This document shows positions 36,058 through 46,778 of a DNA stretch of 64,000 nt, piece after piece. The DNA comes from a virus. The DNA lies in the IMG/VR virus record IMGVR_UViG_3300025115_000007, positions 2,708 to 66,707 of that record; one strand, written 5' to 3'. Numbering within the stretch: position 1 is the stretch's first letter; each line of letters starts with the position of its first letter. Position numbers and translations under genes: made by a program. A model generated the notes under the pieces. It had not been told where the DNA came from. It worked only from the letters and a program-made list of their open reading frames with translations, and ran no database searches.

Positions 36058-38697
36058 ATGTTCCGTAACATATATCACGACTCTAAGACCTCCACCATCC
36101 ACCTCTGGGAACAAGTGGCCGGAGAGAATCTCTACACAGACATCCGGTGGGTACCATATCTATTCGAGCACTCAGACCACGGCACTGTAAAGACCATCCA
36201 TGGCAAGATGGCCAGGAAACTCACGTTCCATACATATCAACAGTACTACCAGTACCAACAGTCATCCAACAATGTATTGGAAAATGCCGTAAGGCCGGAA
36301 ATCCAGTTCCTTGCGGAACGCTATTATGACATATCAGACACCGATATAGTACCACCAAGGCTTCGTGTATATTATTTGGACATAGAGGTCCAGGGTGAAT
36401 CCCAAAAGTTTCCAGACATCACCAAGGCTGATGATCCCATTAGTCTCATATCAGTGTATGACAATGTAACCAATAGTACCATGTCATTTGGGATCAAGCC
36501 ATACACAGGTAAGTATGCTAAAGAGCCCTGGCTAACCTATGTCCACTGTGAGACGGACAGAGACATCCTGAAAAAATTCTTCCAATGGATACATGATAGT
36601 CCGCCCGATATTATCAGCGGTTGGAATGTCCATGATTTTGATATCCTCTATATCCTGAATAGAGCCACGGCTGTGTTTGGAGAGGATAACAGTTGGTCAG
36701 AGTTTCTCAGCCCAATAAACCGGGTAAGGACCTGGGAGTCCAAGACAAGCAAAGAGACCAATATTGATATTGCCGGTATTACAATCTTAGACCTAATGGA
36801 TCTGTATAAATGGTACAGCCCCAAGAACCTGGAACGCTACAGTCTGGACTATGTTTGCAAGACTGAGCTGGAGAAGGGTAAGGTGGATTACAGCGAATAC
36901 AAGGACCTGTATACATTGTACCGGGACAACTGGGACCTCTATGTGGAATACAACATCATAGACTGTTACCGGGTACACCAGCTGGAAGAGCTACTCGGGT
37001 ATATCAAGCTGGTTCAGTCATTGTCTATGTTATGCAAGTGTCCAATGAAATACTACCACACCATGACCAACCTGATAGAGGGGATGCTTATCACCTATTA
37101 CAGGCGCAACAATATGTGCGCGCCACGGTTGTATGGTGGTAGCCAAGAAAGCTATGAAGCAGCCTATGTCAAGGAGCCAAAGCCTGGTAAATTCAGTTGG
37201 GTTGTAGACCTGGATATAAGTTCCAGCTATCCTCATCAAATCGTCGCGCTGAACATGTCCCCGGAAACCTATTATGGGCGAATCAGGAATCTTACAGAGG
37301 ATGAAGTGATCAGCTATGTTAGGGAGAAGGCCTTCCCGCCATTTGACATGATGACACCCAACGGCCTGGTTCACTTTGATGAGCGGAAGCTGGAGACATT
37401 TCACAAGGCTCTCTCCAAGCACATGGTGGCTATATCTCCGTGTGGGTCGGTGTTTGTCACCTCACCGGTAGGTGTGGTACCGGCCATGGAGAAGTATGTG
37501 TTCAACAAGCGTTCCGAGGTTAGGGCCGATGCGAAACACATGAATAAATCATTACCAGAGCTACGTGGTGATGACCTAACGGGAACAGAAGAAAAGATCA
37601 AGCGGTATGAGTCACTCCAGTTAGCCCTCAAGGTCATCCTAAATGCGGCATATGGGGTAACCGCGGTACCATATTCCAGGTATTTCAACACCAACATCGC
37701 AGAGGCGGTCTGTTCCTGTGGCCGGCTGTCTGTCAAATCAGGTGAGAGGTTCACCAACAAGCTGCTTGATCATCCTAATCGAGACCTAATGAGCATCATA
37801 GACAAGTTTGGTCAATATGACCATAAGCTAAAGGATGAGGATTATGTCCTGGCTATGGATACCGACTCCCTATTCATCAACCTGGGTCAGTTCTTGGATG
37901 ATAACATTGGTACGTCTTGGAGAGCACAACCCGATGATATTGTGAAACCACTGATCCGCAATGTGTCTGGTGTCATTGAAGCTTACGTGAATGAACAGGT
38001 ATATCGTGAAGTGCAGCGCAAGACATTCAACTCCAATGAGGAAGAGTTCCGGATAAGGTTCAAGCAGGAGATGATAGCCAAAGCGGCCCTGTTTGTCAAA
38101 AAGAAGAAATATGCCGTGTGGGTAGTAGACGAGGATGGTGTTCCAAAGGATGAGATAAAAACCACAGGCCTTGAGATTGTTAGGTCTGATACCCCAGAGA
38201 TTGTTAGGCCTATGTTACAGGCTGTACTGGACATGATACTCAAGGGCCATAGTGATGTAGACATTCAGGCCAATGTGTCAGAGTTTAAGGATCAGTTGGC
38301 AAAAACAAGCCCCGCTGAGATTGCCGTGAATATCGGTGTCCATAACATAAACAAATATGTGGATGACCAGAACCTGGCTGTCAAGGGCACACCGTTCCAT
38401 GTCAAGGGGGTAATGAACTACCGAGCAATGTTGAAAAGGTTAAGCCTGGGATCAAAATATGAGGACCTGAATGATGAGTCCAAGATCAAAGTGGTCTACC
38501 TCAAGAAGAACCAGTACAGTATGGAAACCATGTCCTTTATAGTCTGGCCTAAGGAGTTTGACAAGGTGCTACAAATCGATCATGAGCGCATGGTGGAAAA
38601 ATTCTTCGTTCAGAAAGTGACGATGTTGTTGGAGCCGATGGGTAAACAAGACCTACTCAGTGCTTCCGCAAAAGAATCGGTGAACTTGTTCTTCTAA
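36058..38697 (+). CDS. gp43: family B DNA polymerase (gp43)
   Basis: DIE, GWN..FD, D.SSSYP, K..LNA.YG, DTDS, KKKY. Confidence 0.97.
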   Translation: MFRNIYHDSKTSTIHLWEQVAGENLYTDIRWVPYLFEHSDHGTVKTIHGKMARKLTFHTYQQYYQYQQSSNNVLENAVRPEIQFLAERYYDISDTDIVPPRLRVYYLDIEVQGESQKFPDITKADDPISLISVYDNVTNSTMSFGIKPYTGKYAKEPWLTYVHCETDRDILKKFFQWIHDSPPDIISGWNVHDFDILYILNRATAVFGEDNSWSEFLSPINRVRTWESKTSKETNIDIAGITILDLMDLYKWYSPKNLERYSLDYVCKTELEKGKVDYSEYKDLYTLYRDNWDLYVEYNIIDCYRVHQLEELLGYIKLVQSLSMLCKCPMKYYHTMTNLIEGMLITYYRRNNMCAPRLYGGSQESYEAAYVKEPKPGKFSWVVDLDISSSYPHQIVALNMSPETYYGRIRNLTEDEVISYVREKAFPPFDMMTPNGLVHFDERKLETFHKALSKHMVAISPCGSVFVTSPVGVVPAMEKYVFNKRSEVRADAKHMNKSLPELRGDDLTGTEEKIKRYESLQLALKVILNAAYGVTAVPYSRYFNTNIAEAVCSCGRLSVKSGERFTNKLLDHPNRDLMSIIDKFGQYDHKLKDEDYVLAMDTDSLFINLGQFLDDNIGTSWRAQPDDIVKPLIRNVSGVIEAYVNEQVYREVQRKTFNSNEEEFRIRFKQEMIAKAALFVKKKKYAVWVVDEDGVPKDEIKTTGLEIVRSDTPEIVRPMLQAVLDMILKGHSDVDIQANVSEFKDQLAKTSPAEIAVNIGVHNINKYVDDQNLAVKGTPFHVKGVMNYRAMLKRLSLGSKYEDLNDESKIKVVYLKKNQYSMETMSFIVWPKEFDKVLQIDHERMVEKFFVQKVTMLLEPMGKQDLLSASAKESVNLFF

Positions 38698-38698
38698 C

Positions 38699-39256
38699 CT
38701 AGTGGAGGATTTCCAGCTTACATTCAACTTGGTCTGAGTTCCGGATTGCTACTGGTGTGAGAACGGATTGGCCTAATATACACTGATAGTCATTGGCAAA
38801 GATGTTATCATAGCACACTGACACTATCTCCGTGCAGTAATATTTTTTGTTACCAGGTAGGAAGTCATAGTCATAAGGAGCACCCACGAGCTTCTTGATC
38901 TTCCGGACCGCTTTTCTCTTATCACCATTTCTTATACATAGGACACAGATGGAGTCTGATCTACAGAAGTCTAGTATATCCTCCTCTATAACACCATCAG
39001 CCATGGCATGTACGACAGTGTTATTACCAACATACATTCCAGCATGGCTATAATTGCCGCCGGTCAAGATGGCATTGAGATATCCACGCCACTTCCTAAG
39101 TAATATGTCACCTGGCTCCAACACATATAGTATGGACCGGATTTCATCCCCTTTGACTAGGTGTAACATAGGCTTATAGACCAAGAACATGGGTCGTTTG
39201 GTAAGATAAATATCACCGGTAAGTTTAACCAACCAGTTCGGGAAACTAAGTTTCAT
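38699..39256 (-). CDS. permuted papain-like (YiiX/YebB NlpC/P60) enzyme
   Basis: PGDILL, YSHAG, PYDYDF, YCTE. Confidence 0.85.
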   Translation of the reverse strand: MKLSFPNWLVKLTGDIYLTKRPMFLVYKPMLHLVKGDEIRSILYVLEPGDILLRKWRGYLNAILTGGNYSHAGMYVGNNTVVHAMADGVIEEDILDFCRSDSICVLCIRNGDKRKAVRKIKKLVGAPYDYDFLPGNKKYYCTEIVSVCYDNIFANDYQCILGQSVLTPVAIRNSDQVECKLEILH

Positions 39257-39257
39257 A

Positions 39258-41396
39258 TCAGTCATCCACCCCAGACTCCATAATGACTCCAGAGCGTAGA
39301 AATGTACCAAGTGGACTCTTTGATTCATCAAGGCTTGCAGGTGGTGGAAAACCATGTTGCTTGCATAGATCACCCAAACCCTCTCTCATCCGGCGCTTAT
39401 GTTCCTCACCCTTGATACCGTCCTTGGTAAGCCTGGATTTGAGTTTTTTCAGCTCAGATTTGATCTTTTTGAAGCCAGGTCCCTCATAGGATGCATTGGA
39501 CATGGCCTTCTCATCATCGAACCGGTGACCAATCTTCCAGTTATCCATATCCGCGGAGCCCTTCTCTATAATCATAGCCATTGTGCCGCCAGGCATGATA
39601 AACATGTGGTTAAACTCCACCTTATCAAATCCACCATTGGATGCCACACTATGCTGGAAGCCAAGGCAGGTAGCAAGGGCCCGTGGGTCCTTCATTACCG
39701 CAGAAGCATTACTCTTGCCAACAATCGCCGCCACTTCTTCCTCATCGATGCGTTCCTTCAGTTTCTTGGCATACTTCTTATTCAGGTCATCGATCTTAGC
39801 CTTGGTCTTTGAGTCTGGCCGTGTAGTCACATTGAGCTTTTTATATTCCTCACGGTAGTCCTTTAGGAATGTCTGAATGGTATCGCTTTTAGCTCCCAAC
39901 TTCTTACCCACCGTACCTTTCCACTTGTCATCCTTATCTAGGATATCATCATGGATACCCACTGTATGCTTACCGGACCTAAGGTGGCCAACAATATCCG
40001 GGTCTTTTTTCGATAGCCTGGTAAACTGGTTTACATTGGAACCAAACCCGAGGCCGTCCTCGCCGGACTTTATGGATATTGACTCCACCTTCTCTATGGT
40101 CACTTTGCCATCCTGGCCCTTAGCCTTACGAGTGATCCTGAGCTTATCACCTATGGGGAAGTTACCGGATACAGGCAGGTAAACCTCTTTCTTGTTAGCC
40201 ACCTCGCTCTCATAGGCACATGTTTCCGCAAGCTGCTTCATAACAGCCAAGCCTACCTTACGGTCCTTGTCATATATGTCATCTATGGCCTTGGCATATG
40301 AGCTTTGGATACGCTTTGCCAGCTTTGATTGGCCGTGTTCATCCTTATCCCAGAGGTCATTTTTCCTCACATCACTAGCAATGGCGGCCATCCTATCCTT
40401 ATGCTTTGACAGTATATCCGACAACCCCTCATCTATATCCCCATCAGTTTCCAACTCTTTCAGCTTGTTGATAGTTCTATCCAACGACACATTTTTTGTA
40501 ATGCTGTCCTGGAGATACTGCCTGTGATTCTCCGAGTCGTTCTGTATGAATATACCATCGGAGTTGGTAATGCCATATATGTTGTGGAACTTTTTATCCA
40601 GATCACCCAGGTCTTTACTGGTCAACATGTCCGATACGTCGGAGAAGGAGGAGCTATGTAATGCGGTTAGCCCAAGTTCCGGTTTGGCGGCAGCTGTTAT
40701 CTCACTGGCCGCTTTGCCTCCAGAGCTGGGTATCTGGACAGCACCTTTACCAAAGTGGTCGAAATAGTCTTTGAGATCCTTGGACGCCGGCGCCATGGCC
40801 TTGATGCCATCTTTGTCTCCAATAGACATTATCCTCACGTCACCTTTCTTGTTTACCGTGAGGTTGAAGTCCCGGATCAGTTTTTCCAGGTAATCTTTTT
40901 GGCCTAATTCGTCCTTATCATTGATACCATTGAGCTTCTTTGCTAGATCCGGTACAACCTTATCCAGGCACTCTTTGGCCTGACCGGCAGAAACAGCCAC
41001 GGAATCATAAGACTGGATTAGGCTATGACTGGTACTGAATGACTGGTAAGCATCAGGGTCAGAAGGGCTGGGAACCTTGGTTTTCAGGAACATGGCGGAT
41101 TTTTGTTCTTTGCCGGATGCGGCCATGGAAGGATTTGGTGGGGCCTGCGATGCTTGAGATCCAGATGGAGATTGTGATCCAGAGGAGGATTCCGATGGTA
41201 GCTCTGATGCACTTGGAGCGGGCCCTTCTTTTTTATCTAACCATTTGAATTTACCACCGGTTGTTGTGGCCACTACATTACCAGTCTCATCCTCCCAATT
41301 ACCAAAACTACCATGTTTAAGTTTATGAGACCTAGCTACATCAGCCGGTGAAACACCACCTTTAGCGGCTTCCTCTAACCATAACCTAAAGCTCAT
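39258..41396 (-). CDS. large late protein, probable internal virion protein
   Basis: N-terminus MSFRLWLEEA, low-complexity linker, charged. Confidence 0.65.
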   Translation of the reverse strand: MSFRLWLEEAAKGGVSPADVARSHKLKHGSFGNWEDETGNVVATTTGGKFKWLDKKEGPAPSASELPSESSSGSQSPSGSQASQAPPNPSMAASGKEQKSAMFLKTKVPSPSDPDAYQSFSTSHSLIQSYDSVAVSAGQAKECLDKVVPDLAKKLNGINDKDELGQKDYLEKLIRDFNLTVNKKGDVRIMSIGDKDGIKAMAPASKDLKDYFDHFGKGAVQIPSSGGKAASEITAAAKPELGLTALHSSSFSDVSDMLTSKDLGDLDKKFHNIYGITNSDGIFIQNDSENHRQYLQDSITKNVSLDRTINKLKELETDGDIDEGLSDILSKHKDRMAAIASDVRKNDLWDKDEHGQSKLAKRIQSSYAKAIDDIYDKDRKVGLAVMKQLAETCAYESEVANKKEVYLPVSGNFPIGDKLRITRKAKGQDGKVTIEKVESISIKSGEDGLGFGSNVNQFTRLSKKDPDIVGHLRSGKHTVGIHDDILDKDDKWKGTVGKKLGAKSDTIQTFLKDYREEYKKLNVTTRPDSKTKAKIDDLNKKYAKKLKERIDEEEVAAIVGKSNASAVMKDPRALATCLGFQHSVASNGGFDKVEFNHMFIMPGGTMAMIIEKGSADMDNWKIGHRFDDEKAMSNASYEGPGFKKIKSELKKLKSRLTKDGIKGEEHKRRMREGLGDLCKQHGFPPPASLDESKSPLGTFLRSGVIMESGVDD

Positions 41397-42817
41397 TCCA
41401 ACACTCTCCTAATCACGCTTTCCTTGATCTCTTCCTTGGCCTTCTCTCCACCTTTAACTGTTATGGCGTACCGTTTGGCCGGGTTCACCGAAAGGTTGGC
41501 CAGCTTGATAAACCCACGACTCATGAGTACCGGTGTGGTCATATTCTCCCGGTTACTCAGGGTAAACTTTACGTCCTTGTATGTAGTGCCATTGAACACC
41601 ACATTGAGTTCCACCACGGGACGTTCCTCATACTCAGACCTCACCCCACCAATCTTCACCCGCTTATTTTCTATAAACTTGTGTTCATATTCTTTGCCGT
41701 TATGGGTCCAAGTAACATATCCATCTTTAACCTCCCACTCATTGGCATGTATGACACTGTATGACCCGTTGCCTGTGTCCATCTTAGCCACCATCTCACC
41801 AAGAACCTCGATGTTTATCATTTCAAGGTACCCACATTCAATGGGTTTCAGCTGCCAGTTTTTCTTATTGAGCGCATAGTCAAGGACCATCTTAACTACC
41901 GACTTACCGGTGGCCTTTTCTATACCTTCTGTACCAGGTGAGGTGTTGACTTCTATTATATATGACTTACCGGATTTGTCAACCATCATATCCACACCGG
42001 CCCATGTAGCCCCTACTGCTTTGGCTGAGAGCAATGCGATTTTCTCCTGCTCCTCGGTCAGTTTAACCTCGGAGACTTTACCGCCCAGGCTGAAGTTGGA
42101 CCTGAAGTCCCTCTTGATCTTAAAGCGTTTCATGGCGGCAATGACTTTGTTCCCAAGCACATGAATCCTGAGGTCATGATTGGCCTCTATATACTCCTGA
42201 AACAACACCTCTGTATTGGGATTGATCTTCCAGATGGCCTGAAGGGTGGATTTCAGTGATTCTATCCTATCGACAATGAATACCCCTAGACCTTTGGAGC
42301 CCGCAAGGGTCTTGACTATGATGGGAAACTTGGAGCCTACCTTCTTGATGCCGGCATCTATAGCTTCCTCACCAGGCACAACGGCCGTAAGGGGTACCGG
42401 TATACCTGAGTCAGCCAGACGCATGATGGTCCTATATTTATCCTCAGCTATCTCCATCGACTCTCGTGTGTTGATGGTAAACATATCCTGATGTTCTATT
42501 TGAGAAAGAAGATCACTGGATGCTTTTTTTCTAATGACTGAGTTTCGGACTATGAAGGCGGTATCGTTCTTGTCTATCTCAAAGCCGGCCTTACCGGTCT
42601 CATTGTATATCCTAGTTCTACCTTGGTCATCTTTCTCCAAGAAGGCCTGTTCGGCAAAGGCCACGAAGCATTTTATGCCCCTTTGGTCACACATAGACTT
42701 TATCTTACCAGCTGTGACAAAGTAGCCTGATGAATTTTCAGAACTCTTACCAGATAAAACAACGATCCTGATTGCTTTATCCATCTTAGCCTCATCAATA
42801 AAATCATCAAAACGCAT
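41393..42817 (-). CDS. rimK: RimK-like ATP-grasp ligase fused to RimB-like (DTG) protease
   Basis: DKY, P.IVK..GSKG.GV, QEYI, D.R, FRSN, GVD, EVN.SPG; C-terminal AKMDTG..R..M..PVL. Confidence 0.88.
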   Translation of the reverse strand: MRFDDFIDEAKMDKAIRIVVLSGKSSENSSGYFVTAGKIKSMCDQRGIKCFVAFAEQAFLEKDDQGRTRIYNETGKAGFEIDKNDTAFIVRNSVIRKKASSDLLSQIEHQDMFTINTRESMEIAEDKYRTIMRLADSGIPVPLTAVVPGEEAIDAGIKKVGSKFPIIVKTLAGSKGLGVFIVDRIESLKSTLQAIWKINPNTEVLFQEYIEANHDLRIHVLGNKVIAAMKRFKIKRDFRSNFSLGGKVSEVKLTEEQEKIALLSAKAVGATWAGVDMMVDKSGKSYIIEVNTSPGTEGIEKATGKSVVKMVLDYALNKKNWQLKPIECGYLEMINIEVLGEMVAKMDTGNGSYSVIHANEWEVKDGYVTWTHNGKEYEHKFIENKRVKIGGVRSEYEERPVVELNVVFNGTTYKDVKFTLSNRENMTTPVLMSRGFIKLANLSVNPAKRYAITVKGGEKAKEEIKESVIRRVLE

Positions 42818-42851
42818 TCCAAGTCTCCATTGGCACCATGTTAGACATATT

Positions 42852-42941
42852 TATAAATAATCATGTGAAGGTAATCCAGGCGCTAGTACGCACTGGAAAC
42901 AGCGAGAGTTAGCTGCTGTCCCTTCATATCAACTATTTATG
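42852..42941 (+). ncRNA. conserved structured leader motif, copy 2
   Basis: compensatory changes relative to copies 1 and 3. Confidence 0.7.
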
Positions 42942-42951
42942 AGAGGTCACC

Positions 42952-43815
42952 ATGTCAAAAAAATTACAATACCAATATGTAAAGGAGTTCATAGAATCCG
43001 TTGAAGGATATGAACTTATAAGTAAAACCTATAAAAGCCTTCAAGAACATATATCAATAAAATGTCAAAATGGTCATGTATACCAAACAAGTTTTTGCAT
43101 TTTTAGGTGTGGCTGTAGATGTCCAAAATGTAAAGGTGTTGCTAGATATACGTATGAACAAATAAGGCAATCAATACATGATATTGGATATGAACTTATA
43201 AGCGAAACCTATAAAAATGTTTATGAAAAACTTGACATAAGGTGTGATGTTGGTCATATATTCCAAATGTGTTACCATGATATAGACAATAAACATAAAT
43301 GTCCAAAGTGTTTTGGTAAATTTCGTCATACCATTGAATACATAAAGGAGTATATTAGTGGTATTGATGGTTATAAAGCACTACTAACAAAATATATAAA
43401 CAATTCCACAAAAATTCCTATAGAATGTCCCAAAAAACATGTTTTTGAGATGAGTTTTAACAATTTTCAACGTGGACATCGATGTCCTAAATGCGCTAAG
43501 CTATTAAAAAGATCGAAAGGTGAGATTGAAATATTTGAATATGTAAAAACGATCTATGATGGTTCTATAATACCTAATGATACTCACACCATTTTCAATC
43601 CCAAAACAGGAAGGTATGTCGAGTTAGATATATATTGTAAAGATATTAGTAAGGCCATTGAGTTTGGCTATAAATATTATCATACAAATAATTATAAAGA
43701 TAGGTTAAAAGTCAATGAATGTAAAAGGTTGGGTATAAATTTGTTGGTTATTGACTATAACGATTGGGTGAAAAATAAAGACCTTGGGATTATTCATAAA
43801 TTCATCCTAGGTTAA
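42952..43815 (+). CDS. homing endonuclease-like protein (Cys/His repeats + Vsr-like domain)
   Basis: three C..GH/CPKC repeats, SKGE, ELDIY...KAIEF..YYH. Confidence 0.8.
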   Translation: MSKKLQYQYVKEFIESVEGYELISKTYKSLQEHISIKCQNGHVYQTSFCIFRCGCRCPKCKGVARYTYEQIRQSIHDIGYELISETYKNVYEKLDIRCDVGHIFQMCYHDIDNKHKCPKCFGKFRHTIEYIKEYISGIDGYKALLTKYINNSTKIPIECPKKHVFEMSFNNFQRGHRCPKCAKLLKRSKGEIEIFEYVKTIYDGSIIPNDTHTIFNPKTGRYVELDIYCKDISKAIEFGYKYYHTNNYKDRLKVNECKRLGINLLVIDYNDWVKNKDLGIIHKFILG

Positions 43816-43964
43816 TCAGGCTCAACATCCGTAGAATGACATTTGGGACACTTAACCTCTCCCCTCAAAGCGGACATGAACTTCTTACCACATTCCATAC
43901 AGGTCACTTTGACCTTTTGGCCCGCCTCATTCAGATACCGATCAATCCGGTCTAATATGTTCAT
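43812..43964 (-). CDS. small Zn-ribbon late protein
   Basis: MNILDRIDRYLNEA..CMECG..CPKC; not in track. Confidence 0.6.
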   Translation of the reverse strand: MNILDRIDRYLNEAGQKVKVTCMECGKKFMSALRGEVKCPKCHSTDVEPD

Positions 43965-44536
43965 CGTTTGTCCTCCATAACTATATGGTCATTGTATGTA
44001 TACTTAGGCTCACCCTGGATAATCATGGCAAAGTGTTCCAGCTTGGTACCATCGACCTTAATATCATGCCACCGGAGGTTTAGTTCATTGAACATAATGG
44101 TGGCGCGAACTACCGAAGATGGGTCCTCAAAATATATCTTTTCATGGTCATACCCAATGGCTATGACCCAGTGGCCCTCATCCCATAAGGTTGAATAGTC
44201 CATTGGTTCATCAGACCAGGCTTGAATTGGCATAAGAACTGGGTACCCTTGTTCGATGTAACCAATGACATCATTGATAGTCAGGCCAGACTTCTGGATC
44301 ACATTGAGGCCATATGACTTGGCAACCTTTTCTATACCCTCTATAGGGGTACCATACTCATCTGTCGTTCCGGCTAACCGCATGATCTTATCTTCACGGA
44401 CATTATAGCCATAGTAGATCAGGATAGATTGTAGAGCGGAGGCTCCACAATCATAATGAAACGTTTGGCGTAGCTCCGGGAACTCAAGAATGGTAAGATC
44501 GGCTTTATAAAGATACCTACTTAACCTCATCCTCAT
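43961..44536 (-). CDS. C39-family peptidase
   Basis: Q....DCG, GHWV..IGYD, DP. Confidence 0.88.
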   Translation of the reverse strand: MRMRLSRYLYKADLTILEFPELRQTFHYDCGASALQSILIYYGYNVREDKIMRLAGTTDEYGTPIEGIEKVAKSYGLNVIQKSGLTINDVIGYIEQGYPVLMPIQAWSDEPMDYSTLWDEGHWVIAIGYDHEKIYFEDPSSVVRATIMFNELNLRWHDIKVDGTKLEHFAMIIQGEPKYTYNDHIVMEDKR

Positions 44537-44666
44537 CCTCCTTACGCTTCTTGTGCCTACGGGTCAGAAATGACAGCTTTGGCTCATATTTGGCTATATT
44601 GGTTGTAACAGTAGCCCCGCTGGTTGTGGCTTCGCCTTCCTCTTGTAGATATTTTAGCAATCTCAT
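44517..44666 (-). CDS. small late protein
   Basis: MRLLKYLQEE..; overlaps neighbours; not in track. Confidence 0.5.
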   Translation of the reverse strand: MRLLKYLQEEGEATTSGATVTTNIAKYEPKLSFLTRRHKKRKEDEDEVK

Positions 44667-45169
44667 TTGTCACCTTTTGGCTGAATTCCACAGTCTATAA
44701 CCTCAAACTCCTCACTCCATGCAGACACAGTTATATCTTTTGTTGGAAAATCACTCACTTTGTTGGTGAATGTTCTATACGCAAAGTATTTACCCAGCTC
44801 AACATTATGTCCAATAGGTATTTGCACAGTAACAACCTTTCGACCTGGTTCTCTATTGGAAACAAATGGTGCCAAAGCATAAGTATACCTGTTTACCAAT
44901 GTAGTATGTATAATAGTTGGCACATTCATGGTTTTTTCCGTATCCGCTTGTACACAAAGATCATCACCACGACAAACCTTCTTTCCCTCATTGAGTACCG
45001 TTAGCTTGGGACTATGTATAATAAATGGCTTATATGGATAAAAAATTACCCAACCTATTCGGAACCACACAAACAATAGCAACGAGGCTAGTACCCATGC
45101 TATAATATCTATGCATGATAGTCTTTTTTTAATGGGGTCATCATAGCTACGTTTGTTTTGGTTCGTCAT
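44663..45169 (-). CDS. membrane-anchored protein
   Basis: N-terminal TM, beta-rich soluble domain. Confidence 0.6.
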   Translation of the reverse strand: MTNQNKRSYDDPIKKRLSCIDIIAWVLASLLLFVWFRIGWVIFYPYKPFIIHSPKLTVLNEGKKVCRGDDLCVQADTEKTMNVPTIIHTTLVNRYTYALAPFVSNREPGRKVVTVQIPIGHNVELGKYFAYRTFTNKVSDFPTKDITVSAWSEEFEVIDCGIQPKGDK

Positions 45170-45414
45170 GGTAAAATCACCTCTCCTGTACCGGCGTGTT
45201 TATGTTTCCATAATTTATCACAACTTATTTCCAGCTTACTATTCCGCTCATCACATAGTATTTTATCAAGTTTTCCTTCGAGCTTGGCCTCCATCTTTTC
45301 AAGGTCTCTGGCCAGGCGGTTGATCCATATCTTTACAAAATAGACAGCTACGGCTGCACTGGTGGTACAAGCCGCCCATAAAATAGGTCCGTTTTCGATC
45401 ATGATAGTCTCCAT
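45166..45414 (-). CDS. holin-like TM/coiled-coil protein
   Basis: TM plus coiled coil, late promoter 45435-45442. Confidence 0.45.
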   Translation of the reverse strand: METIMIENGPILWAACTTSAAVAVYFVKIWINRLARDLEKMEAKLEGKLDKILCDERNSKLEISCDKLWKHKHAGTGEVILP

Positions 45415-45434
45415 AGTGTTATTCTGTCTCGACC

Positions 45435-45463
45435 TATTTATAAGAGGCTCGCCTGTATAAATA
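45435..45463. promoter_or_regulatory. divergent T4-type late promoters
   Basis: TATTTATA 45435-45442 and TATAAATA 45456-45463. Confidence 0.75.
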
Positions 45464-45481
45464 GATCATATGAGGTGATAT

Positions 45482-45838
45482 ATGCGTTTTGGTAATTTCA
45501 TTAGTGAGGATAAATCGGAGTTTTATAATACAGTCTCCAGGTTGAGTGGGTACGATGATACCCGCCTGAAAAATGTCCTATTGGCTTCATGGCTCAAGTT
45601 GCGCGAATCCTTGACCCACAAAGATCAGGAAACCTTGATCCATGTAATCAATGAGACATTGGGTACGGATTATGAGAATGTATATTTCGTTCCAACACAG
45701 ATAGGGTCCATACCAAGTAACTGGAAAGACAAGGTCAAGGTTGTTGGTAACACCTGGATACAGTTGCATGAGTCATTGGACAACAATGTAGAATTAAGCT
45801 GCGGCCTTATGTGGGTAAGGCTTGTATCGGAGGTATAA
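45482..45838 (+). CDS. late hypothetical protein
   Basis: MRFGNFISED N-terminus. Confidence 0.6.
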   Translation: MRFGNFISEDKSEFYNTVSRLSGYDDTRLKNVLLASWLKLRESLTHKDQETLIHVINETLGTDYENVYFVPTQIGSIPSNWKDKVKVVGNTWIQLHESLDNNVELSCGLMWVRLVSEV

Positions 45839-45839
45839 C

Positions 45840-46328
45840 ATGGATAGCATAGTGGATAGAATATCGTTCCTGCTTGGTGACGATCAAAGGTCTTGGAGGA
45901 GTAGGTACACCGAACCAATTACACAAGCACCTATGGGAAAGCCTGTCAGAAGCCCTAGCAGGTATGAAAATAACATTGGAACAGCTGATCCATCTAATAA
46001 CTCCACAGATATTACTTCATCTGGTCCTATTAGCCAGGACTTACTAGCTTTAAAGGCCAAACAGCGCCACCGGCTCAATAGGTATACAGGTGAGGGGCTA
46101 CAGCCGTGGATGTTTGAAAGTGTGGAATTTTTTATAGATGAGTATATGAAGCCGGAACCCAACAAGGACCCTGATCCTGATGAGCTGAAAATGGGTATTG
46201 AGATTGAGATGGAACACACCACCGATGAAAAATTAGCGGAACGTATAGCCAGACATCATCTCCAAGAGATTTCTGATTATTACACCAGGTTAAAGAAAAT
46301 GGAAAATGAGGCTGGTATAACCGATTGA
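45840..46328 (+). CDS. DUF5661-like protein
   Basis: ELKMGIEIEMEHT....A..IA..HL.E..DYYTRL. Confidence 0.75.
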   Translation: MDSIVDRISFLLGDDQRSWRSRYTEPITQAPMGKPVRSPSRYENNIGTADPSNNSTDITSSGPISQDLLALKAKQRHRLNRYTGEGLQPWMFESVEFFIDEYMKPEPNKDPDPDELKMGIEIEMEHTTDEKLAERIARHHLQEISDYYTRLKKMENEAGITD

Positions 46329-46546
46329 TGAAATACCTCATATACCTATTAACCACATTACTGTTACTGCTGGGTTGCTCGACAAAGCAAATCATACCAC
46401 CTGAGCCAAATTATAAACCAATTCATGCTTTGGAATTCAGTAATGGTATATGTTTTGACACTGAAAATGCTAAGAACCTTATGGAGAACATAAAAGCCCT
46501 AAAGGCTTACCAGGAAGAATTAGTAAGATTGTTAAAGGAGAAGTAA
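46325..46546 (+). CDS. small lipoprotein (spanin-like)
   Basis: lipobox LLGC. Confidence 0.55.
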   Translation: MMKYLIYLLTTLLLLLGCSTKQIIPPEPNYKPIHALEFSNGICFDTENAKNLMENIKALKAYQEELVRLLKEK

Positions 46547-46547
46547 T

Positions 46548-46778
46548 ATGGATATAGTAAGGAAGATAGAAAACATTCTCGGCGAGTCCAAGACTGACAG
46601 CTACAAGCACCTTGGGTACGCTAATGCCTGGCACGCACCTATAAATGAACCCGTTCCAGAGATATACAAAAAGTGTAAGGCCAAGAACCACAAGCTAAGC
46701 CATCATTATGTTGGAAGAGACAGTGAGTATTACTGTGATATATGCAAGTTCAAGTTCAATGTGGATAGCTCAGATTGA
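46548..46778 (+). CDS. small Zn-binding late protein
   Basis: MDIVRKIENILGES; C..H..CDIC..DSSD. Confidence 0.6.
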   Translation: MDIVRKIENILGESKTDSYKHLGYANAWHAPINEPVPEIYKKCKAKNHKLSHHYVGRDSEYYCDICKFKFNVDSSD

